In this document: positions 1 through 10,924 of the stretch, in pieces
Position numbering within the stretch: the first letter of the stretch is position 1
Layout: the number at the start of each line of letters is the position of its first letter
Assembly (NCBI GenBank): GCA_973895155.1
Contig: OZ316891.1
Coordinates: 1,727,324-1,791,323 of the forward strand
Length of the DNA stretch: 64,000 nt
Direction of reading: 5' to 3'
DNA from: Marsupella aquatica
Lineage: Eukaryota; Plantae; Marchantiophyta
Notes under the pieces: generated by a model
What the model saw: only the letters and a program-made list of their open reading frames with translations
The model's database searches: none
What the model was told of the DNA's origin: nothing
Made by a program: the position numbers and the translations under genes

Positions 1-346
1 ACAACCGTCGTCAACTTTATTTAAAAAATCAAAACGAAAAAAGGGACGAGAGCTACGAAACTTCGGTGAAGCCGACTCTCACCTTATGTGACCTAAGGTT
101 GAAGAGTGTAAAATGCGTATCGTCCGTTTGTTGTGATCTGTGTGTATGTGAGAGTGACAGCATACAGTTCGTTGTGAACTTTATTGGGTTTGGGTTGGTT
201 TGCCTGAGCACGATCCCGTGGCTCTGGTTGTTATAATTTTTATTTTTAGTGTTTCTACTTAGTGAGTTGACGGGCGCACCAAACACATTGTTACTGTTTA
301 GGAGAGGCCAAGTGTCAATCAAACACATTGATAGACATAAGGGGCA

Positions 347-743
347 TGTTCATTTTACTTATAAAGTGTCAATTATAAGCTAGAGTTGGTACCTAGGTTT
401 CTAGAGTTAAATCTCTAGACCATAACTCCATGTCTCATCATGTGGATGAGAAAATTCACGAGTATGATGTATGTCAATTGATAATCATGCATAGTTTTTA
501 TCATCATTTTTATTTATATTGAAAATGAGCTCTATCGCCCACCATATGAAATGGGCATAGAAAGAGAAATGTGCATAGAAAAAAATAGAATATGTAATGT
601 ATGATTATTAAAATGATCACATACATGATTATTTTTTTATCATTTCATTAACCTTCAAAAAATGTGAATAGGAAATATATTTTGGTTATAGTTTTATTGT
701 ACTCCCTGTTATTCACATTCAAAGAACGGGTAGGCGAGGATAG
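347..743 (+). mobile_element. Non-autonomous Helitron-like element, 3' portion (copy 1)
   Basis: Similar by eye to the reverse complement of 50260-50636. Ends in hairpin ccctgtt...aacggg followed by gatag-t, a degenerate CTAG|T Helitron terminus. Confidence 0.5.
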
Positions 744-921
744 TTGATATGAAAGAACCAACCAATTAAAATACCACTGGGCATATAAAAGGAGGAGTGT
801 CCAAAAATTCTCAATTTTTCACTTTTCTCTCATCAGTGGGTAAATTCAATCAGACCACCTTGAGACTTTGCTCCACAATTTTGGGAAAAAATACTAAAAA
901 TGGTGAAATATGTGTAACCAT

Positions 922-926
<5 letters not shown>

Positions 927-960
<34 letters not shown>
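927..960. repeat. (GA)n microsatellite
   Basis: Direct reading of sequence. Confidence 0.95.
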
Positions 961-965
<5 letters not shown>

Positions 966-1059
966 GAGTCCTGGCCAGTTTGAGCAGTTGTTGCTGGATT
1001 TCACTTTCTTTGTCCCCCAACAGAGAAGAAAATTAACCAAATGAACGATTTCACATCTT

Positions 1060-1140
1060 GGGGGTTTCACTTCCACAAAAATGACATATCATGTGCGACG
1101 AAGTATATGATCATTTTATTGATTTGAAGGGAAAACTTAA
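1060..1140 (+). repeat. Dispersed repeat fragment shared with ~53824-53905
   Basis: Both carry gggg..tcacttcca....catatcatgtgcgacgaagtata in the same orientation. Confidence 0.55.
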
Positions 1141-4100
1141 AAATTTTCTGAGAAGAACAATAGGGTCTTTTAAATTCAATTTTGAGATTCATAAGAACAT
1201 TAGGGACCTTATAACCAAATTTTTGGAATATTCCAAAATATTCTAACTTTATAAAGGTTGAAAAATAATATTTTTTTCTTACATTTTAGGGGGTCTGAGG
1301 CCTAAAAACATCGTAGGTGATGGGGAGACATCCATATAGTGAGAGCCCCGAGCTTCACATTGTAAGTTCAGTGGTATATTTCTGGAGCCTATAGGTCATA
1401 ATGTATCTGAGAACCTAGGAGAATTCTAGGGATCAAGTGGATTCATGAATTCACTAGTGTCAATGCCCTCGCAGTGTACAAATTAAATTTTGTCATTCAA
1501 GAATAAGTGATGTTGGGCTCAAAAGTGGCAGAACATAAATGACATGGTCAGGAAGTGGATTTGTGCGGGGAGTTGGTGAGTTTGTCTCACAACTCGATTT
1601 CAAGGAGTGTGCGTCTAGATGGAGGGAGTTATGTTGGGTTGGGTGAGTAAAAAATGGTTATGAAAAAATGTCAACATTGAACAGCTAGGGAGGCTTCCCA
1701 CCACAATGACATTTCATAAACAAACTATGATAAAACAAGAGCACGATTGAATATTCTAGTGTTACTTACCATTCATGACATGTACTAGAGCATGGACTGT
1801 AGACGATAAATTAACAAAGGGCCTCCACTTTAAAGAGGCACTAGCCATCGCAAAAACATGGTCATGCACAGATTTCACCATTTTTTAGTACTTTTCTTCT
1901 GAAATTGTGGAGCAAAGTCTCAAGGTAGTGGAGAGAGTAATGTGAAAAAGGAAGAAATCATGGACAGTTCTCCCTTTTATATGGCCAGTGGTGGTTTAAA
2001 TGGTTGTTACAACTTGGGGTTGCAGACTATATCTGGCCGGTCATTGAGTTGGCAACAAGTGGGTTTGATAGATTTCATCCATTGTTCCAAGATTTCTCTC
2101 AAATTTTTGGTTTCGATAGACACCTTAAAAAACAATGATGCATAACTTTTCATGAAAAGGAAACCGACAAGGGCCTGGTCAGCGGAGATGTGTCCAATAG
2201 AACATGGTTTATTTGCAGAGCTTCAGTCAAGTTAGAGCATGCTTGTGATTGAATGACGCTGTTGACAGTTTAGACAGACAAGCACAATAAAATATATGAA
2301 TGATGGTGTTAAAAGGTTAGACAGGCATGCAGAATAAAATAGGAAGAGAGCAAAATCAAGTGTTGGTGTGCAAGGAGGTTTGCAGGAAATGGAAGATACT
2401 TTAATGGAAAGAAAGCCAAACGAGAAAGCCTAAAGAACTAGTCGTTTGCACTAGTGTAGTGTTAGACACTTTTCTCTTTCTCTTTTTCCTTTTTTAGGGT
2501 TGCACTTGCTTTTCTTTTTACTTGTTGGGTGTTTGTCCTCTTTGGCCCTCTTTTTCTTTCCTTTCATTTGACTTTGTTTTTACTGTTTTATAAATTTTGG
2601 TGTAAATTTCTTCTCTGGAAATTTTCTCAAGAGGATGAAAGAGAAACTGAACAAAAATGGACTGGATTATCTAATTATTGTGACGCTGTTCCTTTTGTGT
2701 ACACCTTCCCAACGTGTATGTGCTAAGTATTTGCCATTAATACATTCCTCCAGCTTCGCGGACAGAAGGGTTGTCACCTTCCACTGGATCTGTCATAAAA
2801 TTATGCAGTTCGAGTGGAAGGTCCCTGTATAACAACGAGAGGAGCGAGATAGCGAATGCGATCTGGTAGAGTATCGGAGAGGTGTTCCACAAGCTCTCAC
2901 GAGATAAAGTCCAGGTCATGTAAAAGTTTTGAAGTAGAAAAGGACGCTGCATTAAAATGCATATACGCCGTAATATATTTTGTTCTTGAACAAAAATTGT
3001 CTCCCAACTGAAGACTAGATATTTCACCTACCTTAGTGATGTTGAGGTTAAGGATGCTCGTGAGGAAGATGATACGGCGTCTGTCTTGGGAGCAGAAGCT
3101 AGGTAGCACAAGCGTACCAAACTTATCTTTTATAGTTCACAAAGTTCAACTCTACAATTCTTTAAGAAGCAAAATTACTTACCAACAACGGAGAGTCTCA
3201 GTCCGTTGCTTACATGCAGGGAACTTGTTCAAAGAAAAGATATGCAAAGAAGATCTTTAAATTTAACTCACCGAAAATTACCGGGCAAAAATCAGCATCA
3301 ATCTTCACTTTTTCTAGGGCAGCAGATTGAAGTCTTCAAGACTACTCTCGCGATATTTTCTGCAAGGCAAACCTGGAACCGGTTCTAAGCAAAGGCAGAC
3401 TTGTAATCTAAGGCCTTCCGACCAAAGAAAAGTATTAGTCATTCTAATATCATTGTAATGTCCTGTCTGTGGAAGAAATAAACCGTTTACCCGGACCGTT
3501 TAGATCCTTTATTTCGTGCACGTACAAAATTGCCGCGATAGAGTTACTCACAGAGAGGCAGAATAGAATGCTGAACAAAATCGGCCGAGTTCTATCTCGT
3601 AGATTTAAATCTTTATTTCCTGCGATTTAAGGTTGCTTTCGACAGCACTCTCTATAGGGGATGCCCCCAATAGATCGCCATGCCCCGACAATTAGTCTTG
3701 GACATCTGATGTTGTCTAGAAGGTGGTCATGTATTCGACATTCCCTCTATACTATCCAAAACAAAACTAACATTTTCACGAAAAATGTAAAGCTCCTTTC
3801 ACAGCAGACCAGATCTAACAAGCACCGTGGCAAGAAGAGGTTTTACGACGCTTTTGATTGATCAAATGAGTTTTTCCCATGCGACCGTACTTCTCTAAAT
3901 TTGATTGTGTCATCCATGATGTTATTGTTACTAAGGTCAAAACTATCCGACCTCTGGCTACTGTTTCAGAATTTTCTATCACCCTGTACGAGGAATGGGA
4001 GACGGGTTTTCAGTAAAGCTTCGTAAATAACAGTAGATTAGCTTTCGAGTAAAACAAAGAGCCGAATTCAGGTATTTTCGACGGCCACTCGGAGCCCCCC

Positions 4101-4546
4101 GGTTCCCATGTTAGTGCTGTCGTCATGCTCACATCGTAATAACAGGCTTTCTAGGACACAGGATCGCATAAGAACTGGCTCTCAGCCCCTTTGTTCATCA
4201 TTCAATTCACAAAGTGTCTTCACTTGTGATACAGGTTCTTATCAGTTCTCATGGTGTTCGACAAGAGTTGAGTACTGTGAATGTTCAACACTTCAAGCGC
4301 TACTTCGAGGCTTGAATGTCCCAAGCTCTTCTGTACAAATCTAACATCAATGTCTCGATCTTCGTGCATCTGTCATTCATGAGTGGTGCACTTTTGGTCT
4401 TCTACGTACCGAGGTCTTTCTTATGGTGTGTGCTAGAAGACGTATCCTTCACGATAGGCATAGTGAAAATGAATTGTAAGTTAGGACAGCGATGAAGTCG
4501 GACATCCTCTCAATTTGATGATCTCTATGTTGGGACGTTGATTTCA

Positions 4547-4722
4547 AGTTTCAACAGACTGAACCTTTTATTTTTCCTGAAGTATCGTATCTTGATTGCA
4601 GAGTTTCAACAGACTTAACCTTTTATTTTCCCTGAAGTAGCGTATCTTGATTGCAGAGTTTCAACATACTGAACCATTTATTTTTCCTGAAGTATCGTAT
4701 CTTGATTGCAGAGTTTCAACAG
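4547..4722 (+). repeat. 55-bp tandem repeat, ~3.2 copies
   Basis: agtttcaac starts at 4547, 4602, 4657 and 4712; each unit ends gtatcttgattgcag. Confidence 0.9.
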
Positions 4723-4871
4723 TGTCTTTATCCGAAGTCCGTGTAGAGTTAGAAATAGTTGTGTTGGTACGGCCAGATAATTCTGGTGCGACCTTATAGC
4801 GACATAACATTATGCCTTCCTGCTACAGATGAGACACGTGCGACGGCTTGAAAATGAATGTGCTGTGTTCC

Positions 4872-5041
4872 TGGCCAAAGGTGGTACATGGAGACCATAG
4901 GGTTCCATTCAAGGAACAATGGGTTCGATCCTCCTTCTTAAGCTGGGAAGTTCCACTTCAGCATGTCGAGTGAATTCGCCTCACTGACTCGCTGAATTCT
5001 CTTTCTGGGATGCTGTGGTCTCCATACACCACGATTGGCCA
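4872..5041 (+). ncRNA. Candidate pre-miRNA hairpin H1 (long loop)
   Basis: 5' arm TGGTACATGGAGACCATAGG (4882-4901) pairs with ctgtggtctccatacacca (5013-5031) at 17/19 positions including one G:U; closed by tggcca/tggcca. Confidence 0.7.
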
Positions 5042-5242
5042 CGAGGCAAAATGGGAAGGCAAAGTGGTTCGATTATCTGAAGTGTTTGGGGCTATTCTGA
5101 TAAGTCCGCCCTGCAAATCTTCGGTTCAACATACCATGAATGACCTGCAGTTGAAAAGATATACACATAAGTTTTCGTAGCGGAAGACATTGGGCCTTCT
5201 CGTTTGTATTCATCCTGTACGAGCTTACAATCAATAACCTCC

Positions 5243-5325
5243 AGGCCAACCATGGTACATGGAGACCATAGGCTGGCAAGCTAACTAAGGCTGCACTTCT
5301 ATGGCTCCATGCACCATGATTGTCA
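5243..5325 (+). ncRNA. Candidate pre-miRNA hairpin H2
   Basis: Identical 20-mer at 5253-5272; 3' arm ctatggctccatgcaccatg 5299-5318. Confidence 0.65.
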
Positions 5326-5427
5326 TGTGGGTGAACGGGAATGAAAGCTTGTATAGCTGAAGACATCTGTTTGTTGGGCAGGGATCTGAACTGCTAACGT
5401 ACGTGCATAGACTGCACGTAACGACCT

Positions 5428-5510
5428 CCAGGCTTGAGGTAGTCCACACTTAGAGACCCTGTAGCCTGGTAGGCTTTGATGCAAATCTATGTTTCCAGAT
5501 TCCAGGCATG
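5428..5510 (+). pseudogene. Decayed hairpin H3 of the same family
   Basis: Flanks and loop (gacctccaggc ... ctggtaggctttg.tgcaaatctatg.ttccaga) match H5, but the conserved 20-mer is disrupted. Confidence 0.5.
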
Positions 5511-5617
5511 TCTTGCTTGTGATTGTTTCCTGGTCGAAGAACTTTAGTTAGTCAATCTTGACTTGATTGGTCATGTACAGTAGATATTACCATAAATGAT
5601 ATATATATATATATGTC

Positions 5618-5698
5618 CAAGCCATCCATGGTACGTGGAGACCATAGGTTGACAACCTTCGCTGCAAATCTATGGGTCCATACACCATGAGCGGCTTG
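5618..5698 (+). ncRNA. Candidate pre-miRNA hairpin H4
   Basis: TGGTACGTGGAGACCATAGG 5629-5648 (1 change); 3' arm ctatgggtccatacaccatg 5670-5689; base caagcc/ggcttg. Confidence 0.65.
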
Positions 5699-5791
5699 CA
5701 GATAAACTGACAACAACCTTCGTTGCTGCAGACATTGGGCCAGTTACTAAATAAGGCCCTCACGTTGGTGTCGGTGGCAATTGACGACCTC

Positions 5792-5872
5792 CAGGCCAGC
5801 CGTGGTACATGGAGACCATAGGCTGGTAGGCTTTGCTGCAAGTCTATGGTTCCAGATACCACGAATGACTTG
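5792..5872 (+). ncRNA. Candidate pre-miRNA hairpin H5
   Basis: Identical 20-mer 5803-5822; 3' arm ctatggttccagataccacg 5844-5863. Confidence 0.65.
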
Positions 5873-5950
5873 CTGGTGAAATTTTTTGGTCGACATATTA
5901 GTCCATTTCGACTAGATTGGTTACAAAGGTACTACAATAAATGATGTCTT

Positions 5951-6031
5951 CAAGTCATCCATGGTACATGGAGACCATAGGTTAACAGCGTTCGCTGCGA
6001 ATCTGTGGCTCCATACACCATGAGCGGCCTG
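5951..6031 (+). ncRNA. Candidate pre-miRNA hairpin H6
   Basis: Identical 20-mer 5962-5981; 3' arm ctgtggctccatacaccatg 6003-6022. Confidence 0.65.
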
Positions 6032-6134
6032 CAGATAAAATGAGGCGAAAACTGTTCTTACTGGAGATCTAGCTGGAGATGCTGGACTATCTAGTGCAAC
6101 TTCTCACGTTGGTGTACAGTGGCAAATGACCTCC

Positions 6135-6214
6135 ATGCCAGCCATGGTACATGGAGATCATAGGGTGGCAGTCTTTGCTTCAAATCTATGGCTCCATACA
6201 CCATGATTGGCGTG
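6135..6214 (+). ncRNA. Candidate pre-miRNA hairpin H7
   Basis: TGGTACATGGAGATCATAGG 6145-6164 (1 change, still pairs as U:G); 3' arm ctatggctccatacaccatg 6186-6205. Confidence 0.65.
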
Positions 6215-7071
6215 CAGGGTAAACGTGGAAGATTCGCGCCCCCCGCTCCTGTTTGCCTTGGCCGAGAGCCGTGCGTGTCCTCAGCTTCCTACTGGCGTCG
6301 GGATTTGAGCAATATCAATGGCAGTTTCCCTATTAGCTAACTTTCCCCTCCTCAAATGTTTAATCGTCCTGGAAGACAATCTTCTTGAATTCGGATTCAC
6401 AACTCGGAAGTTTTCATAGCTTAGAAATATATTACGTAGTCTGCTTTAGCACGGCTGGTGTTTTATGGTATATATGGTGTTTTACGCTTTCTGTTATATG
6501 TATGCATTTAGTCTGGTATATTACGGATGCATTCTTACACTGGCGGAGGGGAACACAGCGACGGACTCGATCGATGCCAATAGATGGTTATTGCCATGGA
6601 TCTCGTGCCCGATCTCATGTCGTGTTTCTGTCTTCTCTCCCGAGAAGAATGAGCATCACTACGCTATTGCATGCAATCAGTCTATGGAGAGAGCTGTCTC
6701 GATTGTGTTTCATCTCCTTGAATTTGTTGCTGTATTGCTGCTGTGTCCATATACTTTGGTCAAATTAATGAACTAGCCATTGGTCAAATGAATGAACTTT
6801 GACAACGGGACTACTTGAGCTCAAGTGGCCGCCCCTGTCATTTCTAAAAGTAATTCAATCTGTACGTTTGCCAGTTAGCTTGCCTCCAGCGTTATTTATG
6901 CATGAATTACCTCTTTTCCTTTCCCTTTCATGTTCAGACTTTGATGATCTCCTTTGCTTAATCTTCTTCACTGCTGATAAGATATAAATTTCCTGAGAAT
7001 TTTTGGTCGAGGAGCTTTGTGGATCGCGAGCTCAATATATGCATTCGTGCATTAAATGGACGATTGTGCTT

Positions 7072-7187
7072 TTGGCCAGCTGTGGTACATGGAGACCATA
7101 GGATCGCAGTAAAGAAGCAATCGGATCGTTTGATCTCATTGAACTCTTCTCTGAATGCTGTGGTCTCCATACACCACGATTGTCCAA
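7072..7187 (+). ncRNA. Candidate pre-miRNA hairpin H8 (long loop, H1-like)
   Basis: Identical 20-mer 7083-7102; 3' arm ctgtggtctccatacaccacg 7158-7178, same as H1. Confidence 0.7.
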
Positions 7188-8639
7188 CAGGCAGGACATG
7201 CTGCATCATTTCTGGTAGTACAGCTACTCCAACGACTATCGGTGGCCAATGTTGCAAGCTCCGTGACAAGTCAATCCGGCAAGGTTTTGTGTATCCAAAA
7301 TTCACACACTACCTCAGCACATGACAAGATTTCCCAGTAGTACAAAAGCCACGGTTTAGATCGTGAAGGATTTGAGTCTGAATTTTACAAAATGTTCTAC
7401 CTCCAACTCCTATCGAACTGTCTGTCATTGTGCAGTAAGTAAACAGCAGCTTGCAGCGCGGAGTGAAGAGTGAAGAGTGGAGATTGTGTCCCTGAGGGTT
7501 TCCGCACATCGCCGGCGCCAGGCTTAGAATTCTAGCGTAAACACGCTATGCTCATCTTGTGTAATGGAGACCACAATATTACAGCCAAATTACATTGTGG
7601 GGCTCTAACGGTGACTTTGAGAAAAACATTTAAGTGAGAGTAGATTTGGAACCGTTTACATTTCTGGCCCATCTGCATTCCTTCCGGTCGAGTACGAAGC
7701 TAGGCATAGTTGTAGCGTTGTTTATTTTGTGAGATATCAAGAATTATAATAAAGTGCGACTCCTTTTTAACAATGGTGTTCATTTGAATTTGCAGTTTCA
7801 TTGCCAGAAAAAAATGTAAAGAAACTTAGTATAGAAGGGAAAACTTAAGCACCCAATGGATTCCCGCTAGACACTCCATTGTCCTTGCCATACATTGTAC
7901 ATACTCCAGTATAATATTTTTGTCAGTACAATCTCAGTCTGTGCTGTGTCAATCATTCTCTATAGAGTATTTACCCTTGCCCCAATGTACAATTGGTTGT
8001 ATTCAAAAGCAAACTCCCTAAGAGCCAATTTGGTGTAATAGAAACTATCTTAGTTCTCATTTTACACAAAGTTTGCATTTTTTCACCTTTTCTAAGGCTC
8101 ATCTTACAATTTTCTCATCTTTTCTAGGCAGACCTGAAATCTATTAGCTAAAACATAACTTTATAAGTGCAAAACCCTTTACGAGTGCATTTTGTACTCA
8201 AACTAAGAAAGGTTATACACTTATCAGTAACCACATAATCCAATGAGATGCATTGTCTGATAAGTGCACACCCTTTCTTATTAAAAGAAACCTGGACCCT
8301 TGGAATTGGACACCCACTTTTAGGGCAAATATTTACCTTCTGTGTAACGAGTCACGCAGCTTACAGGTGGAGATGCCACTTATTATAAGTGCAAATTTTA
8401 GGGGGTTTGCACTTATCAAGCAATGGAAAAACTATTTAGTGCACATCGGATCCGTCTTTGTGACAGTGTCACTTATAGAGAGTTAACTGTATTTGCATGT
8501 GTCATACAATGAACATACAATGAACTCAATCTGCACCTGCCCCTCCACTTGTACTCACTCCAAGAAAACAAGTATACTAAGAAAATTGAATATGTTTTTA
8601 AAAAAATGGTAACTTCTTGAAAAAATGGCAACTTCCTGA

Positions 8640-9480
8640 GCGCAATAAGCTAAATCTTCATCATGTGTTGTCTTCACATTTTAATGTTTACTATGTTTTC
8701 TTTCACTTTGCACATTGTAACCTCTTTTGCATTATTTATAATAATTATATACACAATAACGTCTTTCACGCAACTACGTAGACTTCTGCACAACTTTATT
8801 TTATCTAATTTGCAAAACATATTTCTTGTGCAATGATATCTTTTGTGTGACGCACGGGCATTGAATTATCAAAATCATTCTAATAGAATGTTTCTGTAAT
8901 TTTGGTAGTGGTTGTTAAGAGTATTCTTATGTGAATGAGAGAATTCAATATCTTTTACACAATGACATCCTTTACACAACAACATCTTTAATTTGCAAAA
9001 ATAATGTCATCCTTTTTGCATCGACATTGTTTGCACAATCATGTCCTCTTTTTTGTAAATAAAATTTTTGCGCAATCATGTCAGTTAGTTAATGATGTCA
9101 GTTACTAAACAACGTCTTTTGCATAAAAGACATCTTTACAATGTCTTTCATGCAATGACATGTTTTACACAAAATCATCTTCTGTGCAATGCACAAGAAT
9201 TGAACTTATTATGTGTATTCTCTTCAAAACTTTTATCTTGACTTTGTTTTCTTTCACTTTTCTACCCGCTTTCTATAAATATATTACCATCCTTAGCACA
9301 AATATGTCCTATTTTTTTGGCAATGTGTTTTGGGCAACAACATGACCATTTACACAACAACACACATAGTTTACTTAACTACTTCTTGACTTAACCTAAC
9401 ATTGTTTACTAACAACATTGTACTTAACAACATTCTTGAGTTCACACTTGAGTTCACAATATCTTCACTAACTACATCCA
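8640..9480. mobile_element. AT-rich degenerate repeat region, possibly Helitron-derived
   Basis: Many degenerate short units (caatgacatc/ttttacacaa type) and tgtgtgacgcacgggcat at ~8844, resembling Helitron 3' hairpins. Confidence 0.3.
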
Positions 9481-9674
9481 TTTATTTATCACCATTTTGT
9501 ACTACCCATGTCCCCCATGTCCAGTATCAAGGAGAATCAGTGACTGACCAAAATAAAATTTTTGCCTGACATGATGCGTGGCACCAGCATATATTCTAAG
9601 AAGGCAATCAAATTAATAATAAACAGTGTTCATTGCCTTTGGAGCTTGGCCCTGGTACGTGTTCTGCAAATTCT

Positions 9675-10924
9675 TTAATCGTTGCGTGACGCTTCTGGAA
9701 TCGAAGAGGGCCAACGACGAGTATTGGGCCTGAAGCTTCCCTGGTAGAATTGATTGTAGAGCTCTGGAAAGTCCGTAATTGCTACGTGATGATAATGGCT
9801 CTCAGGGCGGAAGGCGTACATCGAGGAGATGGTTGAATGTAGTCTTGCAGGGGTCGGATGTACCGCTGCAGGAGATCGATGTACCGGTGCAGGAGATGAA
9901 AGTACTGACTAAAGCTGTTCCACTTTCCACTCCAGCAACTCAGTTGTGTCTTGGTTCACGGCTAAATCGTCCTGCTCTTTTCGGCCGAGGTCTAGAAGTC
10001 AGATCGATACGTTGGGTTCTGTTTGCTCCTGTTCCTGCTGATCTCTTTTCGCCATTCTTGTGCTGGATGCCCAGCAAGGACGGAGAGGACTGGGGCGAGC
10101 GCTGTTCCTGTTCTGGGAAACTACTTCGGCAGTACCGTCAGCGTCCTCATCAAAGTACGTCATCGAAGCCGAATGGTAGTGTTTGTCACTCGATTTGTGG
10201 AGAAAATCGCTAAGACACGTATTCTGCCCTCTGCTCTTGGATCTCCTTTCCCATAAACCTCCAGCTGCTAGCTGCTCCTTTGATATTAACGTATTCATTG
10301 TGGCTTGTCGATGGTTACGATGGTAGTAGTCGGGCGGGGAGCAAGATAAATCGCGAGCTGGGGACAGCATCCTGTACTCTAGCTCCTATGCAACAGAATC
10401 CACATCGACATTAGAAAAGCAGACCCAGAGGAATGTGTACATTCAATCCGAGTCTGCCAAGGGGCCCATCTTCGAAATGGACAGGAGCTGATTGTAGAAC
10501 CCCAGCAAATCCAGCCAGAACAGTGATTGAATTAATTCTTAATCCGAGTCTGACAATCTGGGACTGGACTGTAAATTGAACTCAATTCAGAAGAAAGGGG
10601 CCTTCAATACTTCCAATCAACAGGAAGGGATTGTGGAACCAGCAAGGAAGTATATATTATGATCAAGGACACATTCAAACGCACGTCGAATACAATGCAT
10701 GGCTGGTCAATTTCGACGGGATACCGATGGTAGTAGAGACTTTGTCTGTCAAAGGCAAAGGCCCCAAACTGGGAGATTGAACGGGCAGACGTGAGGGAGC
10801 AGCCTAGTGGTCGTGCTTTCTTCCCATCCGAGGGAAGTGCAGTATCCGGAGCCAAGTCTCCATACTGAGACGCTGAGACAACGACTTCTAGACATCCATT
10901 CTTGTAAAGCCGCCCGGGTAGCAA
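9675..10924 (-). pseudogene. Possible decayed coding sequence of unknown family
   Basis: GC-richer stretch with broken minus-strand ORFs (10604-10924, 9999-10370, and a frame reading SPAPVHRSPAAVHPTPARLH...); no recognisable domain. Confidence 0.25.

Noticed and set aside
2630-4100. Possible spliced minus-strand gene remnant
   Set aside because: Only short unconnected ORFs without a recognisable motif
5073-5862. Minus-strand ORFs with repeated AYGLHVPWLAW peptide
   Set aside because: Just the translation of the conserved hairpin arm; frames are not maintained between copies
6385-6776. Hydrophobic ORFs between hairpins H7 and H8
   Set aside because: No family similarity recognised; T-rich composition explains them, though a pri-miRNA-encoded peptide cannot be excluded
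4872-7187. CRISPR array interpretation of the recurring 20-mer
   Set aside because: Eukaryotic context, no cas genes, irregular spacing, homologous spacers, and each repeat has its own downstream complement, so these are hairpins
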